Positions 38,338 through 47,395 of a stretch of DNA of 64,000 nt are shown in pieces. This DNA comes from Phycisphaerales bacterium (GTDB lineage: Bacteria > Planctomycetota > Phycisphaerae > Phycisphaerales > UBA1924): assembly GCA_965227775.1 (NCBI GenBank), contig OZ245777.1:1728001-1792000 (forward strand), given 5' to 3'. The translations under genes and the position numbers were made by a program. Numbering within the stretch: the stretch's first letter is position 1; the number at the start of each line of letters is the position of its first letter. The notes under the pieces are model-generated. The model had not been told where the DNA came from and searched no databases. It was given only the letters and a program-made list of their open reading frames with translations.

Positions 38338-38706
38338 ATGCTCAGAAAAGTGCTCCATAGCAAGATCCACATGGCCGCCGTGACCGCCGCCCGGCCCGAC
38401 TACGTGGGCTCGATCACCATCGACCGCCGCCTGCTCCGGGCCGTCGGCCTCCGGGCGAGCGACGCCGTCGAGATCGCCAACACCGCCAACGGCGAGCGCT
38501 TCGAGACCTACGTGTTCCTGGGAGACGACGGCGTCATCGAGGTCAACGGAGCCGCCGCCCTGCTCGTCAAGCCGGGCGACAAGCTCATCATCATGCACTA
38601 CGCCTTGATGGACGAGGCCGAGTACGTGGACCACCAGCCGAAGGTGGCCCTGGTCTCCGAGGGCAACGCGCTCGACCGCGTCGTGAAATACGACCCCTGG
38701 CTCTAG
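38338..38706 (+). CDS. panD: Aspartate 1-decarboxylase
   Basis: SKIH, YVGSITID autocleavage site, NGERFETYV, NGAAA. Confidence 0.93.
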   Translation: MLRKVLHSKIHMAAVTAARPDYVGSITIDRRLLRAVGLRASDAVEIANTANGERFETYVFLGDDGVIEVNGAAALLVKPGDKLIIMHYALMDEAEYVDHQPKVALVSEGNALDRVVKYDPWL

Positions 38707-39869
38707 GCCGGCTGCAATTCGGGCGCGCCAACGAGTGCTTCATGGGCGGCCCAAAACTTCTCAAAGCTCGCGGAGATTGAGAAGTTCTGGGCCCAAGGCA
38801 CGCCCGCCGCGCCCATCGCCTTGCGCTTGTCGTGGTCAATGACCAACTCGCTCACGGCGTCCACCCACGCCTCGGTCCGGTGACCGGGCAGCACCAGCCC
38901 GGTTTGGCCGTGGTCGACGACCTCCTTGGGCCCGCCCTGGTCCGCGACTACGACGGGGATGCCGCTTGCCTGGCTCTCGAGCACGACTTGGCCGAGCGTG
39001 TCGGTGAGCGAAGGAAACACGAACATATCCGCCGACGCGTACAGCGTTGCCAGTTCGGTGCCGTGCTTGAAGCCTGGGAACACCACGCCATGCCCGCCAA
39101 GCGTCGACTTCATCTCATCGAGGTACGGACCGCCGCCCACGATGACCAGCCGTGCATCCACGCCCGCGGACTTCGCACGCTCACGCACCCTGGGCCAGAT
39201 GGCCGTCAGCATCGGCAGGTTTTTCTCCGTGCTGATGCGGCCGACATAGAGCACCTTCACCGAGTCTCGTGGTAGGCCGTACTCGTCCCACACGCTCTCG
39301 TCATTATGCTTGGCATCAAAGTCATCCAGCTTGATACCCGGTTCGAGCTTGGCCATGCGATCCCGCGAGAAGCCCAGCTTCTCAAGCGACTCCATATACT
39401 GCTCGCTGCGCGACAGGATGAGCTTGAAGGGTCTGTAGAAGTACTTCATGTATTGGGCTGTGATCGTGCCGTACATCTCCTCATTGAAGAGGTGCTCGAG
39501 GTAGGCGGGAAAGTCGGTGTGGTACACGCCGGCGATCGGGATGCCGCGCTTCTTGGCGAAGTCTCGCCCGACCTTGCCGACACCGCCGGGCGTCGACACG
39601 TGCACGACGTCGGGCGCGAACGCCTCCGCTCGTCGCACCAGGTCGCCCTTGTTGGGAATCACGAAGTCGAGATCCGCATACTTGGGCATCTTCATCGCGA
39701 ACTTGGGCGCGCAGTTGTAGAAGCAGTCTTCCGGCGGAATCTCAAAGCGCGTCGACGTCGCGATGAGCATCTCCCGCCCAGCCGCGATCGACTCGTGTCC
39801 CATGTTGCGAATGAAACGGCTCACGCCATTCACATCGCCAAGCGTGTCGGTGAAGAGCATGAGTCGCAT
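38703..39869 (-). CDS. Glycosyltransferase family 4
   Basis: VNGV, YHTDF, YVGRISTEKN, FPSLTDTLGQVVLES. Confidence 0.9.
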   Translation of the reverse strand: MRLMLFTDTLGDVNGVSRFIRNMGHESIAAGREMLIATSTRFEIPPEDCFYNCAPKFAMKMPKYADLDFVIPNKGDLVRRAEAFAPDVVHVSTPGGVGKVGRDFAKKRGIPIAGVYHTDFPAYLEHLFNEEMYGTITAQYMKYFYRPFKLILSRSEQYMESLEKLGFSRDRMAKLEPGIKLDDFDAKHNDESVWDEYGLPRDSVKVLYVGRISTEKNLPMLTAIWPRVRERAKSAGVDARLVIVGGGPYLDEMKSTLGGHGVVFPGFKHGTELATLYASADMFVFPSLTDTLGQVVLESQASGIPVVVADQGGPKEVVDHGQTGLVLPGHRTEAWVDAVSELVIDHDKRKAMGAAGVPWAQNFSISASFEKFWAAHEALVGAPELQPA

Positions 39870-39902
39870 GGTGCGCGTCCTCGTGGGGTACCTTGTTCGG
39901 GC

Positions 39903-41141
39903 CTAGCCCATCTTCTCAACCACGGCCTCACCAAACTCGCTGCACTTCAGCAGCGTCGCCCCTTGCATCAAGCGTTCGAAGTCGTACGTCACCGTCTTCG
40001 CGGCGATCGCGCCTTCCATGCCCTTGATGATCAGGTCGGCTGCCTCAGCCCAGCCCATGTGGCGGAGCATGAGCTCGCCCGACAGGATCACGCTGCCCGG
40101 GTTCACCTTGTCTTGGCCGGCGTACTTCGGGGCCGTGCCGTGCGTGGCCTCGAAGACCGCGTGGCCCGTGTCATAGTTGATGTTCGCGCCCGGTGCGATT
40201 CCGATCCCACCCACACACGCCGCCAGCGCATCGCTGATGTAGTCGCCGTTCAGGTTCATCGTGGCGATCACGTCGTACTCGGCCGGCCGCGTTAAGATCT
40301 GCTGCAAGAAGGCGTCGGCGATGACGTCCTTGATCACGATCTTCTTGCCGTTGGGCGCGGTGAACTCGTGCCACGGGCCGCCATCGAGCGGAGCTGCGCC
40401 AAAGTGCTTGGCAGCGACTTCGTAGCCCCAATTCATGAAGGCACCCTCGGTGAACTTCATGATGTTGCCCTTGTGCACGAGCGTCACCGACGGGCGGTCG
40501 TTGTCGACCGCGTATTGGATCGCCGCCCGCACCAGGCGCTCAGTACCCTCTTGCGATACCGGCTTGATGCCGATGCCGCACGAATTGGGGAAACGCACCT
40601 TGTTCCAGCGATCGGGGAAGGTCTGGCCGAAGCCTTCCTTGAACTTCTTGAATTCCTCGCTGCCGGCCTCGAACTCGATGCCCGCGTAGATGTCCTCGGT
40701 GTTCTCGCGGAAGATGACCATGTCGGTCAGCCCCGGGTTCTTGAGCGGGCTGGGCACGCCCTCGAACCAACGCACGGGTCGCAAGCAGGTGTAGAGATCG
40801 AGCTGCTGCCTGAGCGCAACATTAATCGAGCGGATGCCACCGCCAGTGGGGGTGGTCAGCGGGCCCTTGATGCCGACCAGGTACTCACGAAACGCATCGA
40901 GCGTCGCGTCGGGCAGCCAGTCGCCGGTCTGGTTGTGCGCCTTCTCGCCCGCCAGCACCTCGTGCCAGTGGATCTTCCGCTCACCCCCATACGCTTTGTC
41001 TACCGCCGCGTCGAACACCCGCACGGACGCCGCCCAGATATCTGGCCCGGTGCCATCGCCCTCGATGAAGGGGATGATGACCTGATTGGGCACGTTCAGG
41101 CGGCCATTGCTGGTGGTAATCGGCTCTGCGGTCGCGGGCAT
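39903..41141 (-). CDS. icd: NADP-dependent isocitrate dehydrogenase
   Basis: [44 protein letters not shown]. Confidence 0.96.
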   Translation of the reverse strand: MPATAEPITTSNGRLNVPNQVIIPFIEGDGTGPDIWAASVRVFDAAVDKAYGGERKIHWHEVLAGEKAHNQTGDWLPDATLDAFREYLVGIKGPLTTPTGGGIRSINVALRQQLDLYTCLRPVRWFEGVPSPLKNPGLTDMVIFRENTEDIYAGIEFEAGSEEFKKFKEGFGQTFPDRWNKVRFPNSCGIGIKPVSQEGTERLVRAAIQYAVDNDRPSVTLVHKGNIMKFTEGAFMNWGYEVAAKHFGAAPLDGGPWHEFTAPNGKKIVIKDVIADAFLQQILTRPAEYDVIATMNLNGDYISDALAACVGGIGIAPGANINYDTGHAVFEATHGTAPKYAGQDKVNPGSVILSGELMLRHMGWAEAADLIIKGMEGAIAAKTVTYDFERLMQGATLLKCSEFGEAVVEKMG

Positions 41142-41274
41142 AAAGGCAATCTCCTGGCTCGAAATCGGATTGAGAGTATAGCGCAACACCCTCCGAGGCC
41201 GACGCATTCCGACGCCGGAACAAGCCACCCGCGAGCCGCGTAGCGAAGGGCATCCCAGTAGTCTGGAGCCGCCG

Positions 41275-43062
41275 ATGAGAGCCATCCTGATTGTCGCAAT
41301 CGCGATGCTGCCGTTGCTCTGGACGAGCGCCGCCGAAGCCCAAACGACTGCCGGCGGCCACGATCGCGAACGCTCCCCGTTCACCGACGTGCGCTTCGAG
41401 GGAGATCGCGCCCAAGTGCTCGTCAAGGGCGAGTGGTATGAGTGGCTCGAGATCGACGGCGTGCCCTACAACGCGATTCTCCAGGTCGCCCAACAGCGCT
41501 ATCCGAACGATTGGCAACGGCGCATCGCAGAGGACCTGCTCTTCCTGCTCGATGCCATGGGCACGCAGCCGGGAGACACCGTGCGGCTCAAGGTGCGATC
41601 GCTCGAGCACGGCACGATCCAGACGCTCCCCGCCGTTGCGATGACCAACGCGAATCGCAATCAGGTGCGCGATAGCCGGCGAGCGCGCGAGACCGAAACC
41701 CCGGTCGATCCGGCGGCAGCCATGGACGAACTCGTTGCCACGATCCGTGAGCACCACGCCTACGCCACCCTTAAGAGCCTCGACCTCGACGCCCTTGCAC
41801 GCGAAGCAATGCGTAAGCTCGGAGATTCTCCCTCCCGCCAGCAGACCATTCTCGCCGCCCAGCGCCTCATTGCCCGTCTCGGCGACGGCCACGCCGGGGT
41901 CGAGCAGTGGGAGCAGCACGCACCCCCGGGCTATCTCGATTTCTTGCTGCAACATACCAGAGACGGCATTGTCGCCTTCCGCCGAGACCCGCGCGCATCC
42001 CAAGGACGGTTTCTCGATGCAGACCATCCGTTCGTCGTGTCGGTGGACGGCGTGCCGATCGAGTCGTGGATCGACGCAGCATCGAAGTACGTGGCCGATG
42101 GTTCGCACGCGCTCGTGCGACGCCGTTCGACGGAGCTGCTGCGTTACGCCAATCTTGTGCGTGACGAGCTCAAGCTCCCCCGCAAGCCCGAGATCGCGAT
42201 CACCCTCCGCAACGCCGAGCGTTCTTCAACTAGGGACATCCGGCTTCCACTGGCCGATCGCCACCCAGTCTACGGGAGCTGGCCGCGCACGACCTCGCGA
42301 GTCCTCGATTCGGGATTCGGCTACATCCGCCTCGACTCCATGGTTCTCACTACAGACGATCTGGCAGAAGTCGAACGCACGCTAGATTCAATGGCAGATA
42401 CCCCCGGGCTCATCATCGACGTTCGCGACAATGGTGGAGGTTTCCGAGAGGCCATCAACTCCATCCTACCTCGCCTGCTCGATCCGACAAAGCCCTCAGC
42501 TCGCGTTGTCAACGTCGCGCGCCTCAAACTCACCGAAGGCGAAGATCCCGATCGCCCGGAAGGCTACCTCGCCGATCGATTTGGCTACCCCGCCAATTGG
42601 CCCGACTGGTCGCCCTTCGAGAAGGCAGAAATCGAGCGCTTGTCCCGAGAGTTCAGGGCAGAGTGGCAGCCGCTGGTTGGGCACTTCAGCCAGCCACACT
42701 ACATGGTCGTTTCACGCGACGCCGGCCACCCTACGTACGACAGGCCCGTCGTTGTGCTCATGGACGAAGGCTCCTTCAGCGCGACCGACATCTTCTTGGG
42801 TGCTGTGAAGGGCTTGCCGAACGTCACACTCATGGGCATGCCGTCGAGCGGCGGCAGCGCGAGGTCAACAGGCCACAGCATCGACAGCCTCGGCCTCGAG
42901 GTGAAGCTCGCGACGATGGTGTCTTGCACGCCCGATGGCAGGCTCTACGACGGGAACGGCATCACGCCAGACATCATCGTGCCGCCCATCGCACCCGACC
43001 TCATCGGCAGCACCGACGCGCAGCTCGATGCGGCGGTCACGCACCTGCGGTCAAAGCAATAG
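41275..43062 (+). CDS. Secreted S41 family peptidase
   Basis: Signal peptide; [30 protein letters not shown]. Confidence 0.85.
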   Translation: MRAILIVAIAMLPLLWTSAAEAQTTAGGHDRERSPFTDVRFEGDRAQVLVKGEWYEWLEIDGVPYNAILQVAQQRYPNDWQRRIAEDLLFLLDAMGTQPGDTVRLKVRSLEHGTIQTLPAVAMTNANRNQVRDSRRARETETPVDPAAAMDELVATIREHHAYATLKSLDLDALAREAMRKLGDSPSRQQTILAAQRLIARLGDGHAGVEQWEQHAPPGYLDFLLQHTRDGIVAFRRDPRASQGRFLDADHPFVVSVDGVPIESWIDAASKYVADGSHALVRRRSTELLRYANLVRDELKLPRKPEIAITLRNAERSSTRDIRLPLADRHPVYGSWPRTTSRVLDSGFGYIRLDSMVLTTDDLAEVERTLDSMADTPGLIIDVRDNGGGFREAINSILPRLLDPTKPSARVVNVARLKLTEGEDPDRPEGYLADRFGYPANWPDWSPFEKAEIERLSREFRAEWQPLVGHFSQPHYMVVSRDAGHPTYDRPVVVLMDEGSFSATDIFLGAVKGLPNVTLMGMPSSGGSARSTGHSIDSLGLEVKLATMVSCTPDGRLYDGNGITPDIIVPPIAPDLIGSTDAQLDAAVTHLRSKQ

Positions 43063-43065
43063 CGA

Positions 43066-44511
43066 CTAGACTTCGTAGAGCCGCGCGAGCTCCGCCCAGA
43101 ACCTCGGGTACGTCTTCCGCACGCAGCCTGGATCGGCAATGCTCACGTTGGGCCTGTGCATCGCAATCAGCGAGAGCGACATCGCCATCCGGTGATCGTC
43201 GTAGGTCTCGAACACGACCGGCGCCGCCGATTCCGATCGATCCAGCCCGCCCGCTGGCGGCTCAATCCGCACCGCGCCGTCCTCACCGTGCACGTCAAGC
43301 TCGACCTCAACGCCGACCTTGGCAAGCTCGGTCTTGAGCGCATGCAGTCGATCGGTTTCCTTCACCCGCAGCGTGTGCAGGCCACGAATCATCGAGCCGC
43401 CCTGCGCCGTCGCGGCGAGCACCACGAGTGCCATCGCCGCATCGGGCATGTCGCGCATGTCGGCCATCACGGGCATGATCGCAGGTCCGCCTCGCACGGT
43501 GAGCTTGGGTCCACTGGGCGAGTCGTCGGCCGATACCGAAGCCACCTCCGCACCCATGCGCGCCAGCACCGAAGGGAACGCCACGTCTCCCTGAAGACCA
43601 GCCTCGTCGACGCCGGACATCGTCACACGAGAGCCCTGCATCGATGCCGCCGCGGCCCAGAACACCGACGCTCCGCTCGCGTCCGGCTCGATATCGAGCT
43701 CGAACCCATCGATGGCGCCATCCCGCGAAGCAACCCGAAGCACGCGAAGGTCAGCCGACGACCGGACGCTGACGCCCAACGCATCGAGTAGCCCGAGCGT
43801 CATGCGAATGTAAGATGCGCTCGTTGCCTCACCATCGATCTCGACCGCAAGCCCGCCAGGTAAGAACGCCCCGAGCATCAACACCGCCGAGACGAATTGG
43901 CTGGAAGGCAACTCCTCGAAGAACACCTGCCCGCGTTCCGGCGCGTTTGCTGGGGGTGTCACTCGAATCGGTGGACAACCGGGAGTCTCGAGGCTCTCGA
44001 CACGTGCCCCCAGATCACCAAGCACGCCGGCAAGCTCACCGATCGGTCGAGCCCGCATGCGTTCGTTGCCGGTGATCACGATCGGATTGGGCGAAAGCAC
44101 ACTTGCCGCAGACAGAAACCGAGTCGCCGTGCCCGCGTTCTCGAGGTCGAGCGTGATCTCATCCGTCTCGGAAGGCATCCACCGACCACCAACACCATGC
44201 ACGCGAACCGTGCTGCCGTCGATCTCGACACCAGCCCCAAGCGTGCGCAGCGCTTCGATCATGACACGCGTGTCCGTTGCATCGATTAGGGCGCCACGCA
44301 ACTCGCTCTGCCCGCGAGCGAGAGAGGCGAGCAGCAACGCCCGGTTCGTCAGGCTCTTGCTGCCCGGCGGCCGCAGGGTCACGTTGAATCGTTGGTCTCC
44401 GATCACCGACCGCAGCGTCGGCACCGGTAGCGGATCTGCGAGCGACTCCAACGCCGCCGTAAGATGCGACGCCATCTCCTGCGGTCCGGCGTGGGGGGCG
44501 TGATCAGGCAT
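43066..44511 (-). CDS. aroA: 3-phosphoshikimate 1-carboxyvinyltransferase
   Basis: PGSKSLTNR, NAGTATR, SSQF, RVKETDR, DDHRMAM, KTYP. Confidence 0.95.
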   Translation of the reverse strand: MPDHAPHAGPQEMASHLTAALESLADPLPVPTLRSVIGDQRFNVTLRPPGSKSLTNRALLLASLARGQSELRGALIDATDTRVMIEALRTLGAGVEIDGSTVRVHGVGGRWMPSETDEITLDLENAGTATRFLSAASVLSPNPIVITGNERMRARPIGELAGVLGDLGARVESLETPGCPPIRVTPPANAPERGQVFFEELPSSQFVSAVLMLGAFLPGGLAVEIDGEATSASYIRMTLGLLDALGVSVRSSADLRVLRVASRDGAIDGFELDIEPDASGASVFWAAAASMQGSRVTMSGVDEAGLQGDVAFPSVLARMGAEVASVSADDSPSGPKLTVRGGPAIMPVMADMRDMPDAAMALVVLAATAQGGSMIRGLHTLRVKETDRLHALKTELAKVGVEVELDVHGEDGAVRIEPPAGGLDRSESAAPVVFETYDDHRMAMSLSLIAMHRPNVSIADPGCVRKTYPRFWAELARLYEV

Positions 44512-44525
44512 CGCGTCGAAACTAC

Positions 44526-44870
44526 CTACGCGCCCCTCGCGACGTCCGTGTCATCACCGGCTGCGCGAAACACCGCCACCACATCGGTAATGGGCACGAC
44601 GAACAGTCGGTTATCGCCCTCGAAGTCCACGGGGATCGCCTTCCCAGGATGGAACAGCACGCGTTGATACTGCCGTACCGGATAGTCATCGTCATGCTCG
44701 ACCTGGCTCGAGATCGCCACGATCCGGCCGGTGAGCGTGGGAATCTCCATCTTGTCGGGCAGGTGCAGGCCGGCCTTGGTCTGCTTCTTGTCCTCGTCCT
44801 TGCGGATCAGCACGCGCGCGCCGATCGGCTCGACCGTCTCGATGCGTGCCGTCGAACCTGCTCGAGCCAT
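44526..44870 (-). CDS. GroES-family co-chaperone (orphan)
   Basis: EPIGARVLIR, TKAGLHLPD, GRIVAI, DVVA. Confidence 0.8.
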   Translation of the reverse strand: MARAGSTARIETVEPIGARVLIRKDEDKKQTKAGLHLPDKMEIPTLTGRIVAISSQVEHDDDYPVRQYQRVLFHPGKAIPVDFEGDNRLFVVPITDVVAVFRAAGDDTDVARGA

Positions 44871-44998
44871 CCGCTTCCTCCACCATCCCGCAGCCACCAC
44901 AAGGGAAGGCCAACCATGGGCCGACAACAAAGCCCGCCTACCCGGCCGCTATGCTAGGTCCGCCGTCGCCGAACTCCGGACAACCCTGGGATCTATCC

Positions 44999-45520
44999 AT
45001 GCACGACGAACTGCTCCGATTCATCAAGGACGTCCCAGACTTTCCCAAGCCGGGCATTGTCTTCAAGGACTTCACGCCCCTCCTTGCAGATCCGGGTGCC
45101 CTCGCCCTGGCCGTCGAACTGATGGTCAATCCGTTCCGCGGCAAGCGCGTCGACCTGGTCCTGGGAGCCGAGTCACGTGGCTTCATCTTTGGCACTGCCA
45201 TCGCCCAAGCACTGTCAGCCGGCTTTGTACCAATCCGCAAAGCCGGCAAGCTCCCTCGTGAGGTCCACCACGTCGAGTACGAGCTCGAGTACGGCGTCGA
45301 TCGCCTCGAGATCCACGCCGGAGATATTCCCCAGGGAAGCAACGTGCTGATCGTCGATGACCTTCTCGCCACCGGCGGCACGCTCGATGCCTCGGCCAAG
45401 CTCACCGCAATGGCCGGTGCGTCGATCATCGGAGGCACGGTGCTTATTGAGCTCGAGGCGCTCAACGGACGTTCCAAGGCCGGCGGCATCGACCCGCTGC
45501 ACTGCGTGCTGAAGCTCTAA
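44999..45520 (+). CDS. apt: Adenine phosphoribosyltransferase
   Basis: PDFPKPGIVFKD, ESRGF, RKAGKLP, VDDLLATGGT. Confidence 0.95.
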   Translation: MHDELLRFIKDVPDFPKPGIVFKDFTPLLADPGALALAVELMVNPFRGKRVDLVLGAESRGFIFGTAIAQALSAGFVPIRKAGKLPREVHHVEYELEYGVDRLEIHAGDIPQGSNVLIVDDLLATGGTLDASAKLTAMAGASIIGGTVLIELEALNGRSKAGGIDPLHCVLKL

Positions 45521-45580
45521 CTGACCCTATTGCCTGGCACACCTGACAACGGCTACAAGCCAGATACGGTGCAATAAAGA

Positions 45581-45609
45581 ACACGGGCCCAGCTTTCGCC
45601 GGGCCCGTG
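45581..45609 (-). terminator. Rho-independent terminator of PEP-CTERM gene 2
   Basis: Stem cacgggccc..gggcccgtg followed on the minus strand by ttctttatt. Confidence 0.8.
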
Positions 45610-45643
45610 CAGATTCAGATTTCAGCCTATCGCTGAAGCCGGA

Positions 45644-46219
45644 TTAGCGGCGACGACGAGCGGCGGCCAGGCCACCGAGGCCGAGCAGCGCGAGGCTGGC
45701 GGGAGCCGGGACGACGTTGATGGCGCCCTGACCCTCGCGGAGGTCGCCGAGGCGGCTCTCGCTGAGGCCCGAGTCACGCGAGACGTACACGTCGAAGCGG
45801 CTCGTGTCGGTGCTCAGGTCGACCGTGAACGCGTCGGCAACGTCGGCCGGAGCGGTGTAGGTGGCGCTCCAGAACGCGATCGGGTTGGTCGGGTCGGCAA
45901 AGATGCCGGCGGGCGGGAAGTTCAGCTGGCCGGCGATGATGCCGTCCACACCGGTGCCCGAAGGAGCGCCGCCGGTGGTGCCGGGGCCGTCCATCGGGGC
46001 GATGAGCTGAACGTCGCTCCAGCCGTCCGAGCCGACCGAGCTGATGAAGTTGGTGCCGATACCGGCGATGGCGTAGTCGCTGCCGCCGTAGCCGGCGCTC
46101 AGCGTGACCATGGTGCTCTCACCAGGGCCGAGGGTGGGGTTCATCACGTCGATGGAAATGCTCTGGGCGGCAGCAGCAGCGGCCACACCGGCAACAGCAA
46201 GAATCGCAGCAGTCTTCAT
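45644..46219 (-). CDS. PEP-CTERM (VPAP) surface protein with cohesin-like beta-sandwich, copy 2
   Basis: GAGGA RBS; signal peptide; C-terminal VPAPASLALLGLGGLAAARRRR. Confidence 0.88.
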   Translation of the reverse strand: MKTAAILAVAGVAAAAAAQSISIDVMNPTLGPGESTMVTLSAGYGGSDYAIAGIGTNFISSVGSDGWSDVQLIAPMDGPGTTGGAPSGTGVDGIIAGQLNFPPAGIFADPTNPIAFWSATYTAPADVADAFTVDLSTDTSRFDVYVSRDSGLSESRLGDLREGQGAINVVPAPASLALLGLGGLAAARRRR

Positions 46220-46320
46220 CTTGGTCTCTCCTCTTGAGCTCAAGAAACCTTGTTTCAGGAATTCACACAACAACAGTTCAAATCGATCCCGAACTTGCTG
46301 ACCCGTGGATCGACGATTCG

Positions 46321-46349
46321 AGTGTAACCGAACCATGAGGGCCCGACAA
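46321..46349 (-). promoter_or_regulatory. Putative sigma70 promoter TTGTCG-N17-TACACT
   Basis: Near-consensus -35/-10 with 17-nt spacer about 100 nt upstream of ATG 46219. Confidence 0.55.
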
Positions 46350-46526
46350 GACCATTTGCGTGTTCAATACTGGGTTTTGCGCCGAATTCACGGGCGACAA
46401 GTCCTATAAAAGCGAATCTTCGCGGCTTGCGATAGGATTCAGTTCGGTTTTGCTGTGATTTATTGTGGTTATCCCGCATGATTCTGTGTGAACGATGCGG
46501 TGTCCGCCTCATCCAACAATGAAAAG

Positions 46527-46556
46527 ACACGGGCCCAGCTTTCGCCGGGCCCGTGT
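46527..46556 (-). terminator. Rho-independent terminator of PEP-CTERM gene 1
   Basis: Stem acacgggccc..gggcccgtgt then cttttcatt on the minus strand. Confidence 0.8.
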
Positions 46557-46589
46557 AGATTCAGATTTCAGCCTATCGCTGAAGCCGGA

Positions 46590-47168
46590 TTAGCGGCGAC
46601 GACGAGCGGCGGCCAGGCCACCGAGGCCGAGCAGCGCGAGGCTGGCGGGGGCCGGGACGACGTTGATGGCGCCGGCACCCTCGGTGAGGTCACCGAGACG
46701 GCTCTCGCTGGTGCCCGAGTCCATGGCGATGTAGACGTCGAACTTGCTGGTGTCGGTGCTCAGGTCGACCGTGAACGCGTCGGCGACGTCAGCCGGAGCG
46801 GTGTAGGTGGCGCTCCAGAACGCGATCGGGTTGGTCGGGTCGGCGAAGATGCCGGCGGGCGGGAAGTTCAGCTGGCCGGCGATGATGCCGTCCACACCGG
46901 TGGCCGAAGGAGCGCCACCCGTGGTGCCGGGGCCGTCCATCGGGGCGATGAGCTGAACGTCGCTCCAGCCGTCCGAGCCGACCGAGCTGATGAAGTTGGT
47001 GGCGATGCCGGCCACCGCGTAGTCGCTGCCGCCGTAGCCGGCGCTCAGCGTGACCACGGTGCTCTCACCGGGGCCCAGGGTGGGGTTGGCAACATCGATG
47101 TCGATGCTCTGGGCGGTGGCGGCAGCGGCAACACCGGCGACGGCGACGAGGGCGAAAGCCTTCTTCAT
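46590..47168 (-). CDS. PEP-CTERM (VPAP) surface protein with cohesin-like beta-sandwich, copy 1
   Basis: GAGGAG RBS; signal peptide; identical VPAP-TM-RRRR tail. Confidence 0.88.
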   Translation of the reverse strand: MKKAFALVAVAGVAAAATAQSIDIDVANPTLGPGESTVVTLSAGYGGSDYAVAGIATNFISSVGSDGWSDVQLIAPMDGPGTTGGAPSATGVDGIIAGQLNFPPAGIFADPTNPIAFWSATYTAPADVADAFTVDLSTDTSKFDVYIAMDSGTSESRLGDLTEGAGAINVVPAPASLALLGLGGLAAARRRR

Positions 47169-47395
47169 ATCTACATCTCCTCACGCGACCGGGGCCGTTT
47201 GCCCCGAAAGCCTTGGTTCAACAGTCGTCTGCTTGCGACCTATCAACCACAACCTACCACCGATCCAAAAGCCCGCCAGAAAACAAAGTGCTTTTTTTGG
47301 CGAACCCAGGCCAGAATCGGGCCGCACGAGCCCTCCGCAACGTTCAAAAGACCGATAACAATCGGCTGCTTCGAAGGAAATTGCTGTCAGGGTGA

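Larger units (their letters stand above)
45581..47120. repeat. Tandem duplication: about 45581-46175 vs about 46527-47120 (mature CDS plus 3' UTR)
   Basis: Near-identical DNA including terminator and 3' UTR; offset 946 nt. Confidence 0.9.
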
